From Promethearchaeota archaeon (lineage in GTDB: Archaea > Asgardarchaeota > Lokiarchaeia > Sigyniarchaeales > SOKP01): a stretch of 64,000 bases of DNA. Within the stretch, counting starts at the first letter, position 1; each line of letters opens with the position of its first letter. A program made the translations under genes and the position numbers. The notes beneath the pieces were generated by a model, which searched no databases, had not been told where the DNA came from, and saw nothing but the letters and a program-made list of their open reading frames with translations. This document shows, piece after piece, positions 42,010 to 50,015 of this stretch. The stretch is taken from contig JAHPZE010000001.1 of the NCBI GenBank assembly GCA_019058365.1, positions 384,001-448,000 on the forward strand. The letters run 5' to 3'.

Positions 42010-42212
42010 TCAAAGGAATTTTAATGCATCATTCCCAATTTCTAACAACTTTATAATGACTTAGCGGTCAAGATGGGGGCACTCTTCTTGGATCTCGTTG
42101 ATGTATAATTCATACCAACTAGTTCATAAATTAAAGCAACAAGAGTTCTCGTGCCTTTTATAATAGGCTTCCCCCCAAGGATCTCTGGGTTTAATTCAAT
42201 TAGATCCGACAT
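42010..42212 (-). pseudogene. DUF433 antitoxin-like pseudogene (frameshift plus stop)
   Basis: MSDLIELNPEILGGKPIIKGTRTLVALIYELVGMNYT, then in the shifted frame INEIQEECPHLDR*VIIKLLE. Confidence 0.8.
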
Positions 42213-42319
42213 CTTTTAAGATATAATAAAATGATTCTGAGATAAATATATTATTAATAAATAAAAATCCAATGATATATTATAAAAGGTGAATATCTTT
42301 AAATACAAAGGGTAATTAT

Positions 42320-42580
42320 ATGGGTATGGGTGATTACATGGGAAAAGTTGAAATTGATGAACGTGGTCGTTTGACTTTACCTTCCAAAATACGAGAAAAA
42401 TTACTTATACAACCAGGTGATAAATTAACCATTAAGATTAATCCAGACAATTCAATTAATATTAAGAAAAGCCCCTCTAAAAAAGAAATATTCGATGAGC
42501 TTGTAGGATGTATAACAACTCCATTAGAAGAGAAACTAACACCAGAGTTGATTAAAAGCATATGGACCAAAAACCAATAA
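42320..42580 (+). CDS. AbrB/MazE-type antitoxin (VapB)
   Basis: VEIDERGRLTLPSKIREKLLIQPGDKL. Confidence 0.88.
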   Translation: MGMGDYMGKVEIDERGRLTLPSKIREKLLIQPGDKLTIKINPDNSINIKKSPSKKEIFDELVGCITTPLEEKLTPELIKSIWTKNQ

Positions 42581-42993
42581 TTTTTGTAGATTCAAACTAT
42601 TGGATCTATTTATTCGATAAAACAACAGATGAGCACGAATCAGTTAAAAAACATTTTAATAATCTCTATGATGAAGCAGTTTTAGCAATAAATACAGTTG
42701 TGATGATGGAAGTAATGCATTATTTAGTCAAAAGACTTGGATCTGAAATAGCTAAAGAGAAATGGGATTTGTTTTCATCAATAAATTTTATAGTTGGAAA
42801 TTTAGAATTTGAAGATTTGGATACTATTTTTTCAATATTGTGCAAGTACTCACATACGGGAATAGGAGGGAGAGATGCCACGATCCTATCATTTCTAGAA
42901 ATAAATCAAATCCAAAAGATTTGTACTCATGATAATGCATTTAAAAAAATTCCAAATCTAGAAATAATCGACCCCATTACACAAAAAAATTAA
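42562..42993 (+). CDS. vapC: PIN-domain VapC toxin
   Basis: IFVDSNYWI, VMMEVMH, GGRDATI, ICTHDNAF; overlaps the antitoxin. Confidence 0.9.
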   Translation: MDQKPIIFVDSNYWIYLFDKTTDEHESVKKHFNNLYDEAVLAINTVVMMEVMHYLVKRLGSEIAKEKWDLFSSINFIVGNLEFEDLDTIFSILCKYSHTGIGGRDATILSFLEINQIQKICTHDNAFKKIPNLEIIDPITQKN

Positions 42994-43156
42994 TGATACA
43001 ATCAAAATTTATAAAATTAGATTAATTTCTTTGGAAATTAGACTCTAAATTTACAAATTCTACAACTATTTTCAGAAACTTGAAGCTAAAATATTTTAAT
43101 GTTAATAAGAAAATGAAAATGAGATATGATTTTTTAATAATTGAAAAATAAATATT

Positions 43157-43588
43157 TTAAATAACTTGCAGTGGTCCTAGTTTTTTAATTTCATTAGTAA
43201 ATTCAGTGATGACTTCAGCAAATCGCTTCCCTTCAGATGCACTTACCCATTCAAGTCTAAATCTTTTTTCAAGATTGAATATTTTTAATATTTCCTTAAA
43301 ATGTTCAAATCTATCCCTAGCAAACTCATTTCCTTTTAAGTAATGACAGTCACCGATATGACATCCTGTCACAATGACTCCATCAATACCATCTTTAAAA
43401 GCCTCCAAAATAAAAGCGGGATCTACTCTACCAGAGCACATCACTCTTACTATCCGAATAGTAGCAGGGTACTGAAAACGAGATACGCCAGCTAAATCTG
43501 CCCCAGCATAACTACACCAATTACAACAAAAACATAATATATTTGGATGGAAATCTTTTTTATTTACTTTCTTTTTTGACTTAGACAT
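43157..43588 (-). CDS. mvhD: MvhD [2Fe-2S] subunit (Cys form)
   Basis: FCCNWCSYAGAD, MCSGRVD, GCHIGDCHY, WVSASEG. Confidence 0.93.
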   Translation of the reverse strand: MSKSKKKVNKKDFHPNILCFCCNWCSYAGADLAGVSRFQYPATIRIVRVMCSGRVDPAFILEAFKDGIDGVIVTGCHIGDCHYLKGNEFARDRFEHFKEILKIFNLEKRFRLEWVSASEGKRFAEVITEFTNEIKKLGPLQVI

Positions 43589-43606
43589 AAGTTAATACCT
43601 CATAAT

Positions 43607-46600
43607 TTAAGTTTGGACAAGAAGTGCAGAAATCATAGCGTGAATTTGCTCAAAACCAAAATGTTTAATAACTATTGTTGAATTAGGACATTGTGCGCCA
43701 CATGTACCACATCCCTTACAAAGCGCAGGATTTATATGAGATTTTTTATTAGTCATTGTAAAATCTTCGAACGTTCTTTCTTTTTCTATTAATTCTATAG
43801 CATTAAATTGACAGACTTCTACACAGCTTCCACAGCCAATGCAATTTTCTTCTATTACAACCGCTACAAGTCCAGATGTTACAAGCTTTTCAGCACTTAA
43901 AATTTTAACTGCTTGAGCAGCAGCTCCATTGGATTGTGCAATTGATTCTCGAAGATCTTTAGGTGAATGTGCACTTCCACATAAATATATACCATCTGTA
44001 GCAAAATCAATTGGTCTCAATTTAACATGTGCTTCCAAAAAGAATTTGTCCTCATTAAGTGGCACTTTTAACATTTTTGCTAGCTCTTCATTTTCTTTTA
44101 TAGGTGCTACGAGACCAGTACTTAGTACGACTAAATCAGGATTTATTTCAAGGGCTCCTAAATCTGGATTATTGATTTTAATTTTTAATCTTTTATTTTT
44201 AATAGTTAATTCTGGAGGTTTAGATTCATCAAATCTAAGAAATATAACCTTTTTATCTCGTGCTAAGTTATAATATTTTTCTTTAAAACCATATGTTCGG
44301 ATATCACGATATAGAATTACTATTTCTAAATTAGGATTGATTTCTTTTGCTTTTAGCGCATTTTTAATAGCTTCTGAACAACAGATTCTACTACAATAAG
44401 GGTGATCTTCATTTCTAGATCCAACGCATTGAATCATAGCTATTGATTTCAATCCTTTTATTTTATCCGTAGTAAAAAGATCTTTTTCAAATTCGGTTTG
44501 GGATATAATTCTTTGATCTTTCCCGAAACCATATTCTTTTGGTTGATATTCTTTTGCCCCTGTGGCTACAATAATTATTCCATGGTCTAGATCAACACTT
44601 TTACTATTATTTCCATAACTTATGTTTGTGGAAAAATTCCCTATATATCCTGAAATTGAATTAATTTGAGCATTTTTAAATACGTGAATGAATTGATTAT
44701 TTTCAACTTTTTTAATTAGGTTTCCAAGATACTCCTGAATATCATCATTTTCAAGGGTTTGATAAATATTTTTGGCAAATCCACCTAGAGAATCTTCCTT
44801 TTCAATTAAAAAAACTTCATAACCTTGAGAAGCCAGATTTAATGCTGCTGACATTCCAGATACACCCCCTCCTATGATGAGACCCTTACTTATTACAGTA
44901 ATTTCTTGTTCCTGCAACGGGATTAATTGGCTAGCCTTTGCTATTGACATACGCAATAAATCTTTTGATTTTGCTGTAGCTTTTTCAGGTTCATGCATAT
45001 GAACCCATGAACATTGATCTCGAATATTTACCATTTCAAAAAGATATTTATTCAAACCAGCTTCCCTAATTGTTGCTTGAAATAATGGTTCATGTGTTCT
45101 TGGAGTACATGAGGCAACAATAACTCTATTAAGTTGATTTTTTTCAATTTTTTCTTTAATATTTGTTTGGGTATCTGCTGAACAAGTATACAAATTATGT
45201 TCAGCATAAACAACATTGGGCAATGTTTTAACGTATTCAACTACATTAGGAACATCAACAACTCCACCAATATTTATCCCGCAATGGCATATAAATACCC
45301 CTATTCGCGGGTGTTGACCACTTACATCTAATTCTTCGGGAAGTTCTTTCTTAGAGACTAATTTATTTCTTGCTTCTGATAGAAGAACATTTACATATCC
45401 AGCAGCAGCACTAGCTTCAATAACGGTTTCTGGAATATCTTTTGGTGTTGCGAAAGACCCACAAACATAAATTCCAGGTCTTGAAGTCTCTACTGGGTTA
45501 AAGGTTCCAGTTTTACAAAACCCATATTCATTTAACTGGATATTTAATTTCTGTGCTAATTCTTTTGCTTTTTGATTAGGTTGCATTCCAACGGAAAGGA
45601 CGACTAGATTAAAAATTTCTTTAACAATTTTTCCATTTCCTGTTTCATAATAAACCTTTAAATCTTTAGAGTCCGGAATTTCTTTAATAGAAGAAATTCT
45701 GCGTCTGATATATCTTATTCCATACTCATTCTTCGCTCGTTCAATATATTTATCAAAATCTTTACCATATGCTCTGATATCCATTGTAAAAATTGTTGGT
45801 TCTATAATATTCATGTGCTCTTTTGCTATTACTGCTTCTTTTGTTGTATACATGCAACACACAGAAGAGCAGTAATCAATTCTATGCTTTCTATCTCTTG
45901 AACCTATACAATGTAAAAAAGCAATTTTTTTGGGGATAATCCCATCAGAAGGGCGAATTATTAAACCAGAATGTGGTCCACTAGCACTGAGTATACGTTC
46001 AAATTCAATACTAGTAATCACATTTAAATGCTTACCGTAACCCAATTCCGTTAAAGGAGTAGGATCATATTCATCAAATCCAATTGCTAATACTACAGCT
46101 CCTACATTAAGGTTAATTAAACTATCTTGAAGTTCATAATTTATAGCTTTTGCTTTACATATTCCTTTACAAATACCACAACCTATACATTTTTGTTTAT
46201 TAATTGAGAAAACTAATGGAACTGCTTGAGGAAATTTCACAGAAATTGCTGCTTTGTTAGAAAGCTTTTCATTAAAAAAATCAATAGCCTCTATAGGACA
46301 TTGTTGAGCACACAAACCGCACCCTGTACATTTATTCTGATCCAAACGAAGGGTTGTTTGAGTTAAATGAACATTAAAATTTCCTGGAACACCTTCAATT
46401 TTTTCAATTGAGGAATTAATTAAAATATCTATATTTTCATGTCGACCAGTTTGTACTAATTTTGGGGCAAGAATACATATTGCACAGTCATTAGTTGGAA
46501 ATGTTTTATCCAATTGAGACATAGTTCCTCCAATACTGGTTGTAGATTCTGCTAGATATACTTTATAGCCTGAATCTGCTAAATCTATAGAAGTTTGAAT

Positions 46601-46648
46601 ACCAGCAATTCCACCACCAATAACTAGAACAGCTCCGACTTTCTCCAT
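43607..46648 (-). CDS. hdrA: Large HdrA-like flavoprotein (two FAD-binding motifs)
   Basis: GGGIAG and GGGVSG, DKTFPTNDCAIC, CSSVCC, CHCG, ASCTPRTHE, CSRICC, ferredoxin motifs. Confidence 0.93.
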   Translation of the reverse strand: MEKVGAVLVIGGGIAGIQTSIDLADSGYKVYLAESTTSIGGTMSQLDKTFPTNDCAICILAPKLVQTGRHENIDILINSSIEKIEGVPGNFNVHLTQTTLRLDQNKCTGCGLCAQQCPIEAIDFFNEKLSNKAAISVKFPQAVPLVFSINKQKCIGCGICKGICKAKAINYELQDSLINLNVGAVVLAIGFDEYDPTPLTELGYGKHLNVITSIEFERILSASGPHSGLIIRPSDGIIPKKIAFLHCIGSRDRKHRIDYCSSVCCMYTTKEAVIAKEHMNIIEPTIFTMDIRAYGKDFDKYIERAKNEYGIRYIRRRISSIKEIPDSKDLKVYYETGNGKIVKEIFNLVVLSVGMQPNQKAKELAQKLNIQLNEYGFCKTGTFNPVETSRPGIYVCGSFATPKDIPETVIEASAAAGYVNVLLSEARNKLVSKKELPEELDVSGQHPRIGVFICHCGINIGGVVDVPNVVEYVKTLPNVVYAEHNLYTCSADTQTNIKEKIEKNQLNRVIVASCTPRTHEPLFQATIREAGLNKYLFEMVNIRDQCSWVHMHEPEKATAKSKDLLRMSIAKASQLIPLQEQEITVISKGLIIGGGVSGMSAALNLASQGYEVFLIEKEDSLGGFAKNIYQTLENDDIQEYLGNLIKKVENNQFIHVFKNAQINSISGYIGNFSTNISYGNNSKSVDLDHGIIIVATGAKEYQPKEYGFGKDQRIISQTEFEKDLFTTDKIKGLKSIAMIQCVGSRNEDHPYCSRICCSEAIKNALKAKEINPNLEIVILYRDIRTYGFKEKYYNLARDKKVIFLRFDESKPPELTIKNKRLKIKINNPDLGALEINPDLVVLSTGLVAPIKENEELAKMLKVPLNEDKFFLEAHVKLRPIDFATDGIYLCGSAHSPKDLRESIAQSNGAAAQAVKILSAEKLVTSGLVAVVIEENCIGCGSCVEVCQFNAIELIEKERTFEDFTMTNKKSHINPALCKGCGTCGAQCPNSTIVIKHFGFEQIHAMISALLVQT

Positions 46649-47925
46649 TACTTCTCCTCAATATTATAATTAGGTTCTATTAATGTGATCATATTCACTA
46701 AAAATTCTGAAAAATCTATAATTTCTATAGAAGAGAAATCATCATAGTCTTTTTTTAGACAGTTCAAATGCATTCGACATTTTGGACAAGCTGTAATCAT
46801 TTTAGTTCCAACAGCTTTAGCTTCTAACAAACGCTTATATCGTAAAGCTTTTGATCGTTCATTACAATTCATCCAAGAATTTACTCCACAACAATAAGAA
46901 TTTTCTTTATTATGCGCCATTTCTTTAAAATCATAACCAATAGCCTTCAAATATTTGAAGATTTCTCGGACATTCTCAACTATTTTATTATCCTTAGGTA
47001 AAAATCTACTTAATCTACAAGGATCATGAAAAGTAAATTGAATTAGTTCATTAGATTCATTGGGGTTTTTAAATTGAACTTTTCCTTGCTTCCATTTATC
47101 ATAGATATATTCAATTATATGTTTAACTTCAAATTTTTCATTAAAATCTTCAAATAATTTTGGATAATCAATTTTAAATGTTCTATAACATTCAGCACAT
47201 GCTGTTACTATATGTGTAATTCCTGCTTTATCAAACAGTTTAATATTTTTTTTCGCTAATTCAATAAAGCTTTCGAATTTTGCTTGGCCCCAATATAAAT
47301 CATGACCACAGCATACCTCATCTTTCAGAATAACTACTGGATCATTTTCTAATTGACAAATAATCTTAAGTGTGCTTTCTGCTATAGATATTGAATCTTT
47401 GAATTCATAGTTAAAGAAAGGTAAACATCCTACATAATATAAAATATTTCCTCTATCTGAAATTTTACACCCTTTTGGAATCCAATCTAAAGGTCTCTCA
47501 ATTTTAAAATTATCTTGACTCATCATTTCTGACATCAAAGGATAAATACCTTTATGAGCAATAGAACGATCAGGATTTTGAATATCTTTTAACCGCATTT
47601 TATATCTAGCAATTCTGACAATGTCAGCGAAATTTATATCTTTAGGACAATGTTGTAGGCAACTATTACACATTAAACAATCCCATAACACCCTACTATT
47701 GATTATCTCATCTTCAAAACCTTCTAATATTGTTTGAATAATTCTACTAGGTGTAAATTTTTGTACTTTACTTACTTGGCATACACCCGAGCAACGGGCA
47801 CATTGATAACATTTTTTTAGTAAGTTAGATAAATCTGGCTCGAATATTTTTTTCAAATATTCATAATTGTCATCAGAATCTGGTTCTAATTTATCGGACT
47901 TTTTACTTTCAGTTATGGTAGTCAC
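46648..47925 (-). CDS. HdrD/HdrC-B-like Fe-S oxidoreductase
   Basis: Close paralogue of 27767-29047; two [4Fe-4S] motifs and two CCG domains. Confidence 0.9.
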   Translation of the reverse strand: MTTITESKKSDKLEPDSDDNYEYLKKIFEPDLSNLLKKCYQCARCSGVCQVSKVQKFTPSRIIQTILEGFEDEIINSRVLWDCLMCNSCLQHCPKDINFADIVRIARYKMRLKDIQNPDRSIAHKGIYPLMSEMMSQDNFKIERPLDWIPKGCKISDRGNILYYVGCLPFFNYEFKDSISIAESTLKIICQLENDPVVILKDEVCCGHDLYWGQAKFESFIELAKKNIKLFDKAGITHIVTACAECYRTFKIDYPKLFEDFNEKFEVKHIIEYIYDKWKQGKVQFKNPNESNELIQFTFHDPCRLSRFLPKDNKIVENVREIFKYLKAIGYDFKEMAHNKENSYCCGVNSWMNCNERSKALRYKRLLEAKAVGTKMITACPKCRMHLNCLKKDYDDFSSIEIIDFSEFLVNMITLIEPNYNIEEK

Positions 47926-49429
47926 TCCTCTCTTTTTCTTCTTTTAGTTCAATTGGTTTACAATTTTTTCTCTTAGTACCAGCAATTCTTTCTAATAAGG
48001 ATTGCCCCGGTTTAACATCCTCTAAGCTTTTTGATTCTATTAATCCTGCATTAATTGCCTCTTTATAAAGGGTTTCACCCTTTTTATTTCGTGTAATCAC
48101 TGTAGACCACCCACTAGGGGACCCTATTGATCCTACAGAAATATCAGCATAATCGGAGGTCAAGTCTTCGCAATAGTGACAATTATGGCGAGCATAGGAT
48201 TTGACTTCATTTAAGGGTACGTTTAAATCTTCACCCGAATCTAAATAAATGATAAATTTCCCACCACTTATATCCATTTTCGTAACTTTATTAAAATCTG
48301 ATTGGAACTTTTCATTGATTAAGTTAAGAACACCCTCATAAGGAAAAGATTCCATACAAAAAAGCCCTATTCGATATTTAATGTTTGTAAAAAATGGTAG
48401 TCCACTCGGAAATAAAGTACCTTTTTCTAAAGCATTCATCATACAGGGAACGCCTACAACTGCAATGTTTTCATACTTTTTTGTTTCATCTATAATACTT
48501 AAAGTCGAGGCATTAGCGTATTTAGTGCCACTTGTTTTGTAAAGATCTTTAATGTCTTCTATTATCACTGGCTCTGGTTTCCATAACTCCTTCGAATGTT
48601 GTACTGCTACAATCACATCAACTAATTTATTTTTAAGTAAGTATTCAAGCAAAGAGGTAACAATCCCACCATCTTGTCGTACTTTTTTAATATCATTCTT
48701 AGTGGTGCTCGCAGAATAGGTATTTATATAACCATTAATTTGTTCTGAGAACTTTAAGGATTTATCAAGCTTATTTATATTTTTGCCCGCTTGTTCGATT
48801 GAAAATGATCTCGGGCAAACTGAATAACATAAACCGCATTTTATGCAAATTTTATCATCTATCTCCAAAGTATCTGCTGTGGCTGTGATGGCATTCACGG
48901 GACAAATTGATGAACACCAACCACATTGACAGCATACTTCAGAATCAAACACAATAGAAACTGGTTCAAAAAAATGTTCAATAAAATCATCGGGGAGATC
49001 TTTAACTTGATAGCGATAAAAATATTCTTTTTCTTCGACTTCTTTTTCTTCTCCCTTTATTTTCTTGATAACAGTCTTAGTTTTTATATCGATAAGTTCT
49101 TCAATATATCCCTGTTCTTTAAGATAAATTACATCACGAATTACATTTTCTACAGGAAAATCTTTTACAATTTTTGCAATTTCCTCTAAAAATAATGGTT
49201 CTTTACCTTTTAATAATTCTAACACTAATTTACGCTCTGTTTCTGCATCAATCAGGGCATCTAGTATTTCATAAAATTCTTTTTCAGAATACTTTCCAGT
49301 TTTTAAAATTTCATCTTTTGCTTCGAAAAAAGCGCGAATTTGAAAATTTTCTACGGCCTTATAGGTAGCATCCATTAAATTTTTTGGAGATATTCCATTG
49401 AAATTTACGTTATTTGAAATTTGAACCAT
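47909..49429 (-). CDS. FrhB/FpoF-like F420-binding subunit with N-terminal winged-helix-like and ferredoxin domains
   Basis: CCQCGWCSSICP, CIKCGLCYSVCP; QDGGIVTSLL, SGTKY, VGVPC, IGLFCME, CHYCED, ADISVG, GWSTVITR. Confidence 0.88.
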   Translation of the reverse strand: MVQISNNVNFNGISPKNLMDATYKAVENFQIRAFFEAKDEILKTGKYSEKEFYEILDALIDAETERKLVLELLKGKEPLFLEEIAKIVKDFPVENVIRDVIYLKEQGYIEELIDIKTKTVIKKIKGEEKEVEEKEYFYRYQVKDLPDDFIEHFFEPVSIVFDSEVCCQCGWCSSICPVNAITATADTLEIDDKICIKCGLCYSVCPRSFSIEQAGKNINKLDKSLKFSEQINGYINTYSASTTKNDIKKVRQDGGIVTSLLEYLLKNKLVDVIVAVQHSKELWKPEPVIIEDIKDLYKTSGTKYANASTLSIIDETKKYENIAVVGVPCMMNALEKGTLFPSGLPFFTNIKYRIGLFCMESFPYEGVLNLINEKFQSDFNKVTKMDISGGKFIIYLDSGEDLNVPLNEVKSYARHNCHYCEDLTSDYADISVGSIGSPSGWSTVITRNKKGETLYKEAINAGLIESKSLEDVKPGQSLLERIAGTKRKNCKPIELKEEKERSDYHN

Positions 49430-49494
49430 ATTTCTATCCTTTTGGTTTACAATTTATTAAAAAATTTTAAATTTTAATTGAATACTATTTAAAA

Positions 49495-49562
49495 ACCCCT
49501 TCCCTTGCAAGGTGAGTTCTCTTATAACTAATATTTTTTTATAAGAGTCATTCTACAGGGGT
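49495..49562 (-). ncRNA. Candidate SECIS-like stem-loop overlapping the mvhD(Sec) stop codon
   Basis: mRNA: ACCCCU-GUAGA-AUGA-CUCUUAUAA-[AAAAAUAUUAG]-UUAUAAGAG-AACUCA-CCUUGCAAGG-GA-AGGGGU-UUUU. Perfect 9-bp upper helix right after AUGA, A-rich apical loop, 6-bp lower helix. The 3' GA of the core is out of canonical register. Confidence 0.55.
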
Positions 49563-50009
49563 AGTTATAACTTGTTTTGTTTCAATTTTTGACTCTTCTT
49601 CTACTAAGTTAAGTGGATTTGGTCCAGCTTTGCTTACTTTTTTATAAGCGTCCTCGACAGATTCGACAAATTTCCCAGCATCTCCTCCACTTACCCAATA
49701 CATGTTTATTCTCTGATTTCCGAAACCTCTTGATTCTAAGATTCTGTTTGCTAATTCTACATGTCTTTCGGCTGTGAAATTACCATTTTTAAATTGACAT
49801 TCATTGGGTCGTCAGCCTACAATCATGACACCATCAGCTCCCGAGCGAATACTGTAGAGAATATGCTTAACATCAACTCTACCAGTACATTTTACTTTGA
49901 TTATTTTTACTGCAGGTGTATACTTCAATCGAGAAACTCCCGCTAAATCAGCAGCACTATAACCTCATTTTAAACATGCAAAAATAATCATTTTATACCT
50001 ATTTTTCAT
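49548..50009 (-). CDS. mvhD: MvhD/VhuD selenoprotein, 153 aa, Sec at codons 15 and 66
   Basis: Absent from the track. MKNRYKMIIFACLK-U-GYSAADLAGVSRLKY...VKCTGRVD...GADGVMIVG-U-RPNECQF...YWVSGGDAGKF. TGA at 49965-49967 and 49812-49814 align to CNWC and GCH cysteines; GGAGGTG RBS. Confidence 0.92.
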
Positions 50010-50015
50010 ACCTGT

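Noticed and set aside
34374-43060. Dispersed repeats as a CRISPR array or classical integron
   Set aside because: Copies are degenerate, irregularly spaced by kilobases and non-palindromic; no cas or integrase gene seen.
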